Positions 22,001 through 31,243 of a DNA stretch of 64,000 nt are shown here, one piece after another. Location of the stretch: positions 124,001 through 188,000 of the IMG/VR virus record IMGVR_UViG_3300042482_000702. One strand, given 5' to 3'. The notes under the pieces are model-generated. The model searched no databases. It saw nothing but the letters and a program-made list of their open reading frames with translations, and was not told the DNA's origin. Each line of letters starts with the position of its first letter. Position 1 is the first letter of the stretch. The translations under genes were made by a program, and so were the position numbers.

Positions 22001-22389
22001 TTTAAAGTTTGTCGAATATAGGTATCATCACTTTTATTAGGGTTTTTTACTGATTCTAATTTTACTTGATTTTGACCTTCACCTTTTGTACTATCTTTAC
22101 CAGTTAATTCGTCGGTATAACTATTATCTAAAAACCCTTTATTACCAGGGTTTAAAAAATTAATCGCAGCAACAGATATTGTTTGTATTTGGTCATTATT
22201 TGCAACCCCAACAGCTAATTTAGTTCTTGGAATCACTTTACATTCTAAATTGGCATAAACAACCAAATCCTCTTGTTTAACTAACCTTTCACTAACTTTA
22301 CCATTAGAGTCAATAACCTTATTTGGGTCAATAATACTAATGTTATTGTAATCAAACTCTACTAATATATTTTCACCACTATCTACCAT
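16069..22389 (-). CDS. Very large baseplate hub / tail-associated protein (2106 aa) with a possible C-terminal lysozyme-like (GH73-like) domain
   Basis: Lies in the baseplate operon. MMGNAMIQPTMYFNLRYVPMFSGPYMITSVNHIIS resembles the C-terminal motif of gp27/late-control-D hubs. C-terminal IFAIMYLQS...HNYAGI...YFDS. Confidence 0.6.
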   Translation of the reverse strand: MVDSGENILVEFDYNNISIIDPNKVIDSNGKVSERLVKQEDLVVYANLECKVIPRTKLAVGVANNDQIQTISVAAINFLNPGNKGFLDNSYTDELTGKDSTKGEGQNQVKLESVKNPNKSDDTYIRQTLKGTTDNGMLGITQITIRQGLDFLPQINVKLEDVKGRSLFEGGDNSPYAAFFNLPYPMFSLTIKGYYGKAVKLSLMLQNFTSRYDTYSGNFVVDLVFYTYKYTILSEITMGALLAVPHMYKSRVSVQNKVVTPSTGTDSKTTKTTDSVVERGFQKVKEMYSEYKSKGMISDDFPEISLMELQNRLENFVKNVLDSFTKQNLDPLTDLNEYSKILGEYDKDVFAMNGESWRSKYLDTDNFLVMDNPEKTKVYTFKKEYIPAKKKDEAINKLKEYITSYTEKLANNKTLGILGKYKINNTEKSIQIPNSIKYEIFPKTLQAGDINLKETYRQRKKLDVEPSKQQLEDFQAELTKDSVLNSLVIKNDAGKQTPITNYFVFEGNGTFEFFIDKMGKDLKTYREQIENELTEALSELLQNKDNGIGFVPSIRNVLAVIFANGEAFLRLMDDVHTQAWSVRDDKDRKKAILTGVSSDNLTSGNNSTEPVYPWPQMIVETMTPDKEEQFIITYPGDRAVINQTKAYLPELWPEVEFVEEFIKGYVQRSENPLPSTPNSNELSDVKRISLSAIEFPVSNVVFGNKEEIKYMYEIYERIFLTSYYSKLSRCNNFISESNQISDIISEGESINIINSLSTDNPFITKKLVEYGINASNFEILLKHISNGGVGESWQNYIRGIFNTSYIKNIVNNSSFEFINSGILSDSSSQPLVSLSNEKALVDYISDSTTTNSFDFGDIYPFTDLTWCNSKLADGGTLIDAKSSFDTRKVLTYNLNKKVISNFLDTTNDDTKRPFTNFSYKNIQQPILDKPDLKTFYNDRDFTSQLLTEGNLNYINYSGLVTSYQTVSMFNTPYFVNSIQEGVQNFRNDSITPYVSSAYLFINSLPLSTLKEKYKTYENKSEKPLDYIFASLKKFGAIHKMPYAWILKFGSVYHRYKNYVENGVDIINTSWSDFKYVDNYDPTTNNPTKTYSLTINNSNIDIVLEKNSTLGLETSTLINTGFYPKLINDFNVFYQGFEIYSAYTSTDIQKGFSSGVTLNYVKDAIIDMGKGFDEKNLNRNLRVIPWSVAIDTFDGKFTYLLPSQGSLINQTKDECITSNNKLKYEISGNTAMYNGSTRLFWTAPNYGYFDNSKVVKPSPLQYLKQVFSGQSGQQNFSINGTSNDYTSIDEIFSVFEKNILDGFESEFLKFSKSMYDFEDNSSSTLSNISISEFETDSEKSFKNFQMLMISLMKTTKLVGTTPTDTIIKQQQEQLTTISNTLTKFINTDVVFKYGNPSNFDKKLFYSFSTYQISDPYTWEKYSFATPNSLPYSGGSITLSNSKATYPQQWKTLETYVGFSDVDKLMYSNNGSYITDFFIDLNIAFNVDNIKNLAPIIKIYTTQKLNDPTLNISKFTMLMDEYITSNETFKGKVINNLMPKLQTKLPKIVTSSQQTINSVLEGPATKVELWESFKAINDKWISGNDFKTKTLFEDIMLIDRASRDVGDKILVDVIKLKDYLATIKPTMPMLVFVQSILVDNNFVVMNLPSYVNFYNVQDAVKNPKPRAEGSLEFANTMFGTFLNVDYRNSSPKLVCFYGGKPSEQLDLKDNIDYRFRSDAFDLRRASDNPLVESQIGKKDWGMSNKVVGFNVDIGTQNQSIFHGFQVDQRGSTATAESLELLNQMANQSGNRKASTQNVSLFNLYKTRSYNCTVNMMGNAMIQPTMYFNLRYVPMFSGPYMITSVNHIISPGSFETIVEGVRQPIASLPKISAYIQSLKTTLLTTIVNKIKEDKVPKKSDSNVKKGDIISQRNEALDKGLDNDATVASAQQTCSASTKYNTYKAGTPNKTVINYKNIIQIINANTNDIKLRYIIFAIMYLQSSKTQGLESYEHNYAGIDISEFWGDGSSGFFSSSKYYYCSPKQIPYVYFDSANNHVKMLIARFEGKSSAFGETTPVDIAKFYILYFNAKSNNQNVYDSIKSTDSVRLKNIESEIGESISLYNAITNKS

Positions 22390-22705
22390 AATAAAAGAAA
22401 TAATTTTCTAACTCGTTTTTATAATCTTGTAGAGAAGCTATCAAAGGAAATGGAATTGTCAAGATAGAACCATCACTAATATTCCATTCTTGACCACCGA
22501 AGATTGGATTTGCTTGTAAAATCAACCAACCAAAACTCGCCGCACCATAATATTGTTGGGATAACTTATCTAATCTAGACTGTCCAACTTTATAGATATA
22601 TCTTTTATCTGTTGTTTTTGATGGCAAAGTAACATAGGGAACAACACTTTGTTCTCCATTGTTTAAAAACCCATTATATCTATTATAATACTGTTTATTT
22701 ACCAT
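22379..22705 (-). CDS. LysM-like baseplate protein (gp53 / tail X-like)
   Basis: SRLDKLSQQYYG...WLILQANP...GSILTIP pattern. Confidence 0.8.
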   Translation of the reverse strand: MVNKQYYNRYNGFLNNGEQSVVPYVTLPSKTTDKRYIYKVGQSRLDKLSQQYYGAASFGWLILQANPIFGGQEWNISDGSILTIPFPLIASLQDYKNELENYFFYYGR

Positions 22706-22707
22706 TT

Positions 22708-25700
22708 TTATTTAAATTTGATTTTACCATCATAGGATTTATTATCACTATTAGAATTTACACCACTATATAATTCCATAATATCTTTTTGTTGTTGAGC
22801 ATCTGTTGCCGTGTCCGGAATTGTTGTATATTCAAATTTTCTTAATTTACCTTTTGGATATACAAACTCATTAACATATTTAGTATATTCTGGAAATTTT
22901 TTAACATCTGTAATATATTTAATTTCATCCAACAATTCTTTATCAACAATTTTTTTAAAGTCTTCACAAATTTTTTCAAACTTATTTTTTAAATTAGAGG
23001 GTGTTTTAATGGTTAATAATTCACCAATAATAATTTTATTAATAAAATCATTAAATTTATTTTTATTATTAAAAATTTGAGCTAACACCATAAATTGTCT
23101 CTTATCTTCTATTGTTGATATTTTGGATGAAATAAATTCAAAACCACCAGGTTGAGTATAATTTGATGTTATTACATTAACATTTGATTGTCTTTTTAAG
23201 AATATATCAAAAGATTGTAACTGAGTCGCAATCTCATCATAATCTTTGGCTAATTCAATATATGTGTCTTGTGGAGCGCCTTGACTAGCCGAATTAACTT
23301 CTGTAGTACCTTTAATGTTATATACTCTAGGTTTACCACTTTCAAGTATTTTACCATCAGTTTTAGTCATTAATAAATTAATTTTTCTAAAAAATTGAAC
23401 CATGCTTTCTTCTTGAGTTGTAATCTCTTGTATTTTGGTAAAAATACCATTACTAAATTCTCCTTGATAACTATTAATATAGTTATTTAAATTTGTTTTA
23501 ACTTTTTGTATTATTGAATCTGTAAATGTATATTTAACTAATCGACTTATTATAAAGTTTTTATTAGATGGGTTATCAGCATTTATATCAGATAATAATG
23601 TTGAAAATAATAAGTTAATTTTATTCTCAACACTTACATTTCCATCTCCACCTGGTTTACCATATATTGGAACTATTTGTCTACCTGTTTTAGTAGTAAA
23701 ATGACCTGAACTATATAATCTATCTTGAGTCATCAATTGCCATATTCCATAATTGTAAGATTTTATTATAGATTCACATTGATTTGGAATATTAGTATAA
23801 TACTCTTTTGTTGCATCCAAAACTTTATCCATAATGACAGAATATTCAGTTTGACCTGTCTGTCCATCAGTTACCGGAATATTAGTTAATATATTTCCAA
23901 TAGTATTTCCACCATTATTTAAAAGACTATTATCAATATTATTTACTGTTGCAACAGGTTGAGAATCCAATATTGCTTGTACAACTCTTGCATCTAAAGC
24001 TGACGTATCTTCAGTAGCCGTAGCTCTTTCATCATATATTTCAGTATTAGCATAATAATTAAACGATAATGCGTTTTGTAATTGTTCCACCGGTCTAGCC
24101 AACCCTTGTCCTCCAATAAAATCAAAACTCATAGTAACATTCGCTAACATTGGTTGTACACCAATACCTTCAGGATTTAAATCATAAAGTAATGGTTCAT
24201 AAGTAAAGGCAACACTATTTGGGATTATTTTACTATTGTAAAAATCACCAATTCTTAAAACTAAAACCGGAGGTGCTCCAAAAGAAGTGTTAACCGCATC
24301 ATTATATCTTGGTTTGTTATCTGTTCCAATAACTGGTATAGTCTCACCAGGTCTAACACATTGATTTAAGAAGGTTAAACGAGAATTTAATCCTTCAGGT
24401 GTCATAGAGTGAAATGCTGGGTTAAAATACTTAATTTTCTCTTTTATTGAGTCATACACCATTGGAGAATTTTCCGCAATCACCTCAAAATAATCACATT
24501 CTGATAATAATTGTCTAATAATTTGTTTACTAATACCTTTTTTAATATTTTCTTCAATTCTAACATTTAACTCAGGTTTAACAGGTTTTATATTTTCAGT
24601 CTCTGATGGAGTCACTTTTTCTGGTTCTGCTGGTACCGGAGTTGGTGAAGGAGTTACATTAATCTCACCAATTTTTACTCTTCTACACGCCATCGCTGTT
24701 GCAGCAAAAATTTCAGAGGTTTGGTCTACTACCTTACCATTTTTATCCTTAATATTATCAGAACAATTTACTTGTTTTCCCAAACCCAATGAAGTTTTTG
24801 GTACTGGAGTTGTTTCACCCGCACCTTGTGGTGGGTTAATTATAAATGTTTTATCTTTAATAAAAGGACCTAAACAGGCTTCCCCTACAGTAAAATTCGT
24901 TAAAAACTGAACAACTGAATCGTTTCTTCTTAAAGATAAATTAGTATTATATGCCGGTTTAGCAAGAGCTGACGCCGAACCAACCATATTAATTGTTATT
25001 TTACCTTTTTTCTCTTTTAAAATATTATAAGCATCAATTATAAAATTACTTGTACCACCAGCAATTGTGTTAAAATTATCTATAACGACCTTATTAAAAA
25101 ATTCCGTCACATTTCTATTAAAATCCCCTTCATTAAAAAGCCCATCAGCAAAATTTTGATACTTTGTAATGTTGGCAGGATTTATATATGAATTGTATGT
25201 TTGTTCATAACTTACAGAAGATGTTGTTTTTGTTGTCTTTGGGTCGGGAGTATCGTTCTCAAAATAAAAAGCAAATTCTTTATATTTTTCTTTAAAATTG
25301 TCTATTGATGTATCAGGCGTTATTTTAGTTTCTTTAGTTGCTAAACTACCATTTGTTCCCGCATTATCAGCAGAAATTGATTTACTAATTCCTTTAAGTT
25401 CTTCATCTGTTAAATTAGGATTACTTAATATTGTTTGATAAGTATATAAATCTTTAGTTGGAATAGTATTAAATTTAATAGCCAATTCATATATATCGTA
25501 TTTAACACATCCAGCAAAAAATGAATCAATAATTGAGTTAATTCTATCTTTGTTTTTTCCTTTCAATTGTTGTTTAACAATTACATTCATTATTGAAGGA
25601 TGGTCAACAATCATTTTCCAACTTAAACTACCTGTTCTAGTCGTATCTTTATATGTATATATTGGTTCAGGTCTCCCTAAAAAAGTTTGTTTATTCCAAC

Positions 25701-27702
25701 TGGCGTTACTTGTATCACTAAATTTTAAATCATACGGAGGAAACCACATAACTCTACCCCCATTTGGACCTTTCTCACAAACAGGTAATTCATCATAAGT
25801 AAATCCAGGTTTACTTGATGTTCTCCAAGCCAAATTCTCAATAGAGAACATATATTTTTTAGCGTATCCACCTTTACCATTAACATCCGGAATAATATTT
25901 GTTGACCCATTTGAAAGTGGTGCAATATTTAGATTAAATGTACTATCTAAAACTGAATTGGTAAAACCTCTATTTTTTGTGGTAATACCTTCTGTTTTTT
26001 GTAAATCGGCATAAGTATAATATGGTGTATCTTTAGTAAACACACGACAATACTCAATACCAGCATTTTCACCGGTTGTTTTATCAGTATATGAAAGAAC
26101 CTGTGAACCTTTTGTTATTTCTTTATAACCATCGTGAAATACCTTACTAACTTGATTAATTGCATTACCAACATGCTTTAATCTAGCAATCCCCGAAACA
26201 TTATCAGCAGAATTAACTAATCGTTGTGTTTGGTCTAATATTGAGGTATCTTTAAAATCTATATTGGTAGATTCAGAACTACTAAAACTACTACTAATTT
26301 CATTAAACTCTGTATCTAAACTTCCACTTCCACCACCAGGTGTTGCGTGAAATCCGGCATTTGATTTGTATTTTGGAGATGTCCAAACTAATTGACCATC
26401 AATCCCCCCACCATCACTTGATGATTTTCCGGCTAAACCAAATTTTAAAATACCTTCATTACCCTCAAACAATATACCCAATTCAGAAGGTCCATAAACC
26501 GGAGAGGATTCTTGTTGTCCGAAAGCATTAACGGGAACTTTATTCGGAGGAGATGTTATTGATGAAGGTTCAGAATTTTTACTACCAACATAATAACCAC
26601 CAATTAATGTACCATTACTAGGGTTTATTAAATTAACCGCAAGATTTACTAAACCTTGAGCAACACCTAATAACCCACCGTAATTTTTATCATATGACGG
26701 TTGAAATCGATTATAGTCTATATTAGCAAATAATGCGGACCTTTGTCCATTACCAGTATTATTTAAAAATATTTCAGAGGGGTTTCTTTTTAAATTTAAA
26801 ATTGGACCTAAAAATCCACCCGTTAATTGATTAACTACATTTAACGCTGTTGATGTTTGTTTGGTTTGACTATTTTGATTGTTGTCATCAAAGTAATCAC
26901 CCGGAATTAATGAAACCGGCCAATAAGCCCCCGCCAATCTTGTTGCAAAATCAGCAGCCGCAATAACAGGGTTTTCCGGAACCGTAATTTTCCAATTTTT
27001 ATATATTAACGGTTGTTTCCCCGATACCATCATACTAACCTCAAAAGGGTCTTGTAATGATTGTAAATTTACTCGTCCAACAGTGTTTTTAATAAGTTCA
27101 GTGGCAATCCTTTCTTGAAAAAGATAATTTAATTGAGACGCACCTAATTTAGCTATGTAAGAGTCTTGAGATAATGAACCATTATCCCCATTTGGGTTTT
27201 TTGAAAATAATATATCATACGGACTGTATGTTGATGACACAAAACTACTCGGGTCCCAATATGGTAAATATAATTTATCGTTATTTTGTATGTCTGTAAC
27301 AATGAGCATATCGTTATAACCCCCTACCGGTCCATAAGAGTTTGTTATAAAAGCCGCATCAATATAAAATTCATTAACTAAATCTAATACCGTATCATTT
27401 GGTTTATATTCACCTTTATTTGAATCAATTGGTACTAATACTCTATTGTATGTGATTTCCGTATTAAAACCCCCATTTGGACCATATTCATTTAATGGAT
27501 ATAATAATTTTGCGTATGGGTCATTAGCGATTAAATCATTAGGGGAATCAATCACCGGAGATTGAGATAAAGTTACCTCATAATTTAAATCTGATGATGT
27601 GGGGGTATAAACACCCATAACACTATACGCGGCTAAATTTTTAGCCATAAGTATATTTCTAAATGATGATGATGAAGTAAAGGATAATGAACTATCTGAC
27701 AT
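22708..27702 (-). CDS. Large baseplate/tube-initiator-like protein (1664 aa) with an embedded OmpA-C-like domain
   Basis: Directly after the tape measure. W...FLGRPEPIYTY...R.GSLSW and PPVLVLRIGDFY resemble tube-initiator (gp48/54-like) motifs. FYFEND...VGSAS...YNTNLSLRR...RRVKI is OmpA-C-like. Confidence 0.6.
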   Translation of the reverse strand: MSDSSLSFTSSSSFRNILMAKNLAAYSVMGVYTPTSSDLNYEVTLSQSPVIDSPNDLIANDPYAKLLYPLNEYGPNGGFNTEITYNRVLVPIDSNKGEYKPNDTVLDLVNEFYIDAAFITNSYGPVGGYNDMLIVTDIQNNDKLYLPYWDPSSFVSSTYSPYDILFSKNPNGDNGSLSQDSYIAKLGASQLNYLFQERIATELIKNTVGRVNLQSLQDPFEVSMMVSGKQPLIYKNWKITVPENPVIAAADFATRLAGAYWPVSLIPGDYFDDNNQNSQTKQTSTALNVVNQLTGGFLGPILNLKRNPSEIFLNNTGNGQRSALFANIDYNRFQPSYDKNYGGLLGVAQGLVNLAVNLINPSNGTLIGGYYVGSKNSEPSSITSPPNKVPVNAFGQQESSPVYGPSELGILFEGNEGILKFGLAGKSSSDGGGIDGQLVWTSPKYKSNAGFHATPGGGSGSLDTEFNEISSSFSSSESTNIDFKDTSILDQTQRLVNSADNVSGIARLKHVGNAINQVSKVFHDGYKEITKGSQVLSYTDKTTGENAGIEYCRVFTKDTPYYTYADLQKTEGITTKNRGFTNSVLDSTFNLNIAPLSNGSTNIIPDVNGKGGYAKKYMFSIENLAWRTSSKPGFTYDELPVCEKGPNGGRVMWFPPYDLKFSDTSNASWNKQTFLGRPEPIYTYKDTTRTGSLSWKMIVDHPSIMNVIVKQQLKGKNKDRINSIIDSFFAGCVKYDIYELAIKFNTIPTKDLYTYQTILSNPNLTDEELKGISKSISADNAGTNGSLATKETKITPDTSIDNFKEKYKEFAFYFENDTPDPKTTKTTSSVSYEQTYNSYINPANITKYQNFADGLFNEGDFNRNVTEFFNKVVIDNFNTIAGGTSNFIIDAYNILKEKKGKITINMVGSASALAKPAYNTNLSLRRNDSVVQFLTNFTVGEACLGPFIKDKTFIINPPQGAGETTPVPKTSLGLGKQVNCSDNIKDKNGKVVDQTSEIFAATAMACRRVKIGEINVTPSPTPVPAEPEKVTPSETENIKPVKPELNVRIEENIKKGISKQIIRQLLSECDYFEVIAENSPMVYDSIKEKIKYFNPAFHSMTPEGLNSRLTFLNQCVRPGETIPVIGTDNKPRYNDAVNTSFGAPPVLVLRIGDFYNSKIIPNSVAFTYEPLLYDLNPEGIGVQPMLANVTMSFDFIGGQGLARPVEQLQNALSFNYYANTEIYDERATATEDTSALDARVVQAILDSQPVATVNNIDNSLLNNGGNTIGNILTNIPVTDGQTGQTEYSVIMDKVLDATKEYYTNIPNQCESIIKSYNYGIWQLMTQDRLYSSGHFTTKTGRQIVPIYGKPGGDGNVSVENKINLLFSTLLSDINADNPSNKNFIISRLVKYTFTDSIIQKVKTNLNNYINSYQGEFSNGIFTKIQEITTQEESMVQFFRKINLLMTKTDGKILESGKPRVYNIKGTTEVNSASQGAPQDTYIELAKDYDEIATQLQSFDIFLKRQSNVNVITSNYTQPGGFEFISSKISTIEDKRQFMVLAQIFNNKNKFNDFINKIIIGELLTIKTPSNLKNKFEKICEDFKKIVDKELLDEIKYITDVKKFPEYTKYVNEFVYPKGKLRKFEYTTIPDTATDAQQQKDIMELYSGVNSNSDNKSYDGKIKFK

Positions 27703-27741
27703 TTTTTATTATTTTATTATAAATAGACAAAATATTTATTT

Positions 27742-29679
27742 TTAAGCTTGCATTTGTTTTGTTCTAGACCCTGTTTTGCTACTTGTTAAATTATTATTTG
27801 GGTCTAATTTACCAATAGAATATATTGCTTGAACCATTTGTGGGTCTTTCAACGCCAATGCTAATTGAGCCGTGTCAATATTTGGATTGTTAGAATCTAT
27901 CTTAATATTTAAATTAACATTTGAATCAACCGTGTGTTTAGTGTTTGTTTCTGCTAACTGACTATTACCTACCCCAACCTTTTTTAAATCATCTTTATAT
28001 TGAGTTTCTAATTTTGTTGTGTTAACAACATTAGTCACATTAGTCACATTTGTTGTAGGATTATTCATATTATTAATTGCCTGTGTATTACCATTAACCT
28101 CATTGGATTTAAAAATTTCTTTTAATTCAGGTATAGATTCCATCTTTTCTTTTAACACTTTACCAGAATTAGTTAGTATTTCTAAAAATATATTTTGAGA
28201 TTTTGTTAAATTTTTCATTGATTCATCAGCCTTATCAACAGTATCTGTAAAGGCTGTTTTAGTTCCTTGTTGAATATTTTTACTTGCCGATTGTAAACTT
28301 TCCAAAACTTTAGACAATGAAGATTCTCCTTTAATAAACTTGTTGAAATCCTCTAAAACTCCCCCAATATTTTTATCAATTCCTTGTCTCATAGTTTTAA
28401 TAGAGGATGATTCAGCACTAAGAGTTTTTTCTAATTGTTTATACAATTCTCTCGGAGCATCTAATGCCGCTTGACCAACTTTTGTTCCCGCTATAGCTCT
28501 ACCAGTTCTATTTTTAATACTCTCCACCGAAGCATATATAGCTTCTTGTTGACTTAGTTGTGATTTTGCCACATCTTCAAGTGTTTTAGGTTGTTTAGAT
28601 AAAGCCTCAATATCAGGTTTACTTAATTCAGCAACACTTTTTGTCACTTTTTCACCTTTTTCACCTGTAAAACTAACTTCATATTTCCCCGTACCTTTAT
28701 TCATTTCCGCCATATTGGCAATCATAGTTCTTTGGTCTTCAGTTATATCACCGCCCGGAAACTTAATAGATTTCATTTTTTCCGCCAATTCAGCACTACC
28801 TAAAGCCATTTTAGCCAATTGTCCTACTGGTAATCCCATCGCGGATTCTATCTCCTTCATTTGACGTTTAGCACCCGGCATAATTTCAAAATTACCATCT
28901 TTATTCAGTCGAACAAATTGTTCACTCATTTTAGCAATTTGATTCTGAAGTTCTGCTGGGTCATTTTGAGCCAAATCCATTAATCGAAGAGGGTCTAATA
29001 AATCACCTTGAGCCACACCTAATCTTTGCATTGAAGCCGCCATTTTAATAGCTTCTTCAGGGTCAAACAATTTATCAGCAATACTTAAAGTACTTGACAT
29101 ATCAACTCTTAAACCGGTAGCTTGTGCCGCCATTTTTGCCAAACCATCAACACCATTAGCAAAATTAAATTTATTAAGAGCTGACATATTTTCAACAACT
29201 TGTTTAGAAACCGTTAAAGAATTAACACCTAAACTATTTGCCTTTAAAACAACTTTTTCCATTTGGGAAGATGCGTCATACATAGAAAATCCCGCATCTT
29301 TAAACCCTGATATAATACTATCAACGCCTTGACCTGAAACTTTTTGGGCCGCATATAATTTAGAGTAAGAATCCGAAGTAAGTATTAAATTTCTACCTAA
29401 AGTTGTTGCCGCTTTATTTTGTATATCAACAATTTCACTAAATTTACCACCTAAAATCGCAACACTAGTTGCCGCATCACCCATTGACGCTTTTATAGCA
29501 ATCAAATTTTGATTACTAACACCCATAGTTCTCATAACTTCAGATGCTGCGGTATCCACTTGATGTAAAATGTCTTTAATGTTTGCCGGGTCTAGATTAG
29601 TCCAAAAGGCATCACCAAGTTCTTTGATAGTTTGTTTGAATGAACCTATAATACCATCCTTATCGTCTATATCTGCCAT
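27742..29679 (-). CDS. Tape measure protein
   Basis: Ala/Met/Lys-rich alpha-helical protein in the canonical position after tube and chaperone. Confidence 0.7.
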   Translation of the reverse strand: MADIDDKDGIIGSFKQTIKELGDAFWTNLDPANIKDILHQVDTAASEVMRTMGVSNQNLIAIKASMGDAATSVAILGGKFSEIVDIQNKAATTLGRNLILTSDSYSKLYAAQKVSGQGVDSIISGFKDAGFSMYDASSQMEKVVLKANSLGVNSLTVSKQVVENMSALNKFNFANGVDGLAKMAAQATGLRVDMSSTLSIADKLFDPEEAIKMAASMQRLGVAQGDLLDPLRLMDLAQNDPAELQNQIAKMSEQFVRLNKDGNFEIMPGAKRQMKEIESAMGLPVGQLAKMALGSAELAEKMKSIKFPGGDITEDQRTMIANMAEMNKGTGKYEVSFTGEKGEKVTKSVAELSKPDIEALSKQPKTLEDVAKSQLSQQEAIYASVESIKNRTGRAIAGTKVGQAALDAPRELYKQLEKTLSAESSSIKTMRQGIDKNIGGVLEDFNKFIKGESSLSKVLESLQSASKNIQQGTKTAFTDTVDKADESMKNLTKSQNIFLEILTNSGKVLKEKMESIPELKEIFKSNEVNGNTQAINNMNNPTTNVTNVTNVVNTTKLETQYKDDLKKVGVGNSQLAETNTKHTVDSNVNLNIKIDSNNPNIDTAQLALALKDPQMVQAIYSIGKLDPNNNLTSSKTGSRTKQMQA

Positions 29680-29696
29680 ATCAAATTGTGTTTATA

Positions 29697-29704
29697 TATA
29701 AATA
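29697..29704 (-). promoter_or_regulatory. TATTTATA putative late-promoter motif (representative minus-strand copy)
   Basis: 18 bp upstream of the tape measure ATG; the same motif precedes about 15 genes (see findings). Confidence 0.65.
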
Positions 29705-29721
29705 CGCCAACAACAATTTTA

Positions 29722-29883
29722 TTATTCTTGTTTTGGCGTATTGTCTTCGATTATTCTATCAATTAAATATTTTCTCATATAGGTTGGCATGATGTTAAAA
29801 TCATTATATGATGTTCTAATAAATTTAGCGAGTAAATAATACTCTTCGACTAGAAGTTGTCGATAATTAGAAGAAAGGCCGAA
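29722..29883 (-). CDS. Overlapping +1-frame extension of the tail assembly chaperone (GT/gp51-like segment)
   Basis: Unlisted 53-codon frame FGLSSNYRQLLVEEYYLLAKFIRTSYNDFNIMPTYMRKYLIDRIIEDNTPKQE* that fills the gap to the tape measure gene. It has no ATG at its 5' end and begins at the T6 run in GAG TTT TTT CGG. Confidence 0.7.
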   Translation of the reverse strand, partial: FGLSSNYRQLLVEEYYLLAKFIRTSYNDFNIMPTYMRKYLIDRIIEDNTPKQE

Positions 29884-30622
29884 AAAACTCCACCCCAAAG
29901 GTAATCTCGAAAGTTACCAAGTCTCCTGAAGGGGCTTTTACTGTTTGTTTTAAGTCTAATGATGGTTGGTTTTCTTTGATGAAATTACGAACATATTTTG
30001 AGTCCATAATTGGTAATGAATCAACAAATAATGAAATGTCCCCCGGATTTGAATTACCGTCAATTTCTACTATTTGTTTTGATAATCTCCAAGTAACAAC
30101 AGGAGCTGTTCTACCTACTGGGTAAGACTCCTCTAATGTTGAAAGATTAAGGATATCTCCGTAAGATAATGGTTTTAGTTTTACGGTATGCCCCGTTTTA
30201 GGTAGTTTTGTTGTAAACAACCCATTTTCATCTGGTTGGGCACTAGTTTTTTTAATGTTTAATTCATCAAGAATTACCGTATACGGGAATTGTTTAGATG
30301 TCTTTGGGTCAACTAAATTTACATTATATTCAGGACCAAACGAAGTATTTCTTAAGAAAATTAAAATAGCCTCAACATCACCATCTAATAACTCTTCAGG
30401 TTTTAAATCGTGCTCATAAATTTTATTTCTTAATAAAGTCATAATAATATTACTATTATTTTGAGACGCTCCCATCAAAAAATTCTCATCATTAGCTGTT
30501 AAATAACCAACTTTGATTGATTTCTTTTTTGATTTATAAAATATTCCACCAGAGGGTAACATTACTATATCGTGTGGTAATGAAAAATTTTCAGTTGCTG
30601 CGTTAATTAAATCTTGTTCCAT
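29867..30622 (-). CDS. Tail/baseplate assembly chaperone (T4 gp26-like)
   Basis: LPSGGIFY, LTANDE, LLDGDVEAILIFLRNTSFGPEY, LPKTG, D..Y.R, C-terminal FGVEFFRP; between tube and tape measure. Confidence 0.75.
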   Translation of the reverse strand: MEQDLINAATENFSLPHDIVMLPSGGIFYKSKKKSIKVGYLTANDENFLMGASQNNSNIIMTLLRNKIYEHDLKPEELLDGDVEAILIFLRNTSFGPEYNVNLVDPKTSKQFPYTVILDELNIKKTSAQPDENGLFTTKLPKTGHTVKLKPLSYGDILNLSTLEESYPVGRTAPVVTWRLSKQIVEIDGNSNPGDISLFVDSLPIMDSKYVRNFIKENQPSLDLKQTVKAPSGDLVTFEITFGVEFFRPFF

Positions 30623-30754
30623 ATAACTTATTGTTTATATATAATTATAGTTAACATCTTTTTTTAATAAACATTAAATATTTTAAAAAATAAAACCCAT
30701 ACATCATTTATATGACATATGGATTTCATTTTAATTATATAGATATTTTGAAAA

Positions 30755-31243
30755 TTAGTAAACTAATATACAACGGTCCATACGAATTGTTGCCGTAATA
30801 GACGCTAACGCATCGGTAGAATAACCTAATGAATCAAAATTAACATCACTTAAGAAAGAACCTTCTAAAATCCATTTTTCCACAACAACACCAGTTGGGT
30901 CTAACATCTCAAGGTCAATGTTTTTCTTATATCCGGCAGCATAACCCATTCTACCTGTTACAGATTCAGCACATAATCTAACCCACTCCATAAGAGCTTG
31001 AGATGCTGAAGGCCCGATTGGGTCTCTGAACTTAACATTTATGGTTCCCCAAGTAAATCTACCTGCAACATATGTTGAAGTATTTAGAAAAGGAATTTCT
31101 GTTGCGTTAATTGTAATATGTGGTCTAGCCGCGGTTTCAACAAACCATTCATTAATTCCCAAAGAAGATGGAAAACGAACAATAAACCTATTCTGTCTTT
31201 TAGGTTCATACGGTATGGGCATTTTCATTAATAAATCAGCCAT
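30755..31243 (-). CDS. Tail tube protein (gp19-like)
   Basis: YEPKRQNRF, AGRFTWGTI, YKKNIDLEMLDPTGVVVEKWILEG. Confidence 0.88.
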   Translation of the reverse strand: MADLLMKMPIPYEPKRQNRFIVRFPSSLGINEWFVETAARPHITINATEIPFLNTSTYVAGRFTWGTINVKFRDPIGPSASQALMEWVRLCAESVTGRMGYAAGYKKNIDLEMLDPTGVVVEKWILEGSFLSDVNFDSLGYSTDALASITATIRMDRCILVY

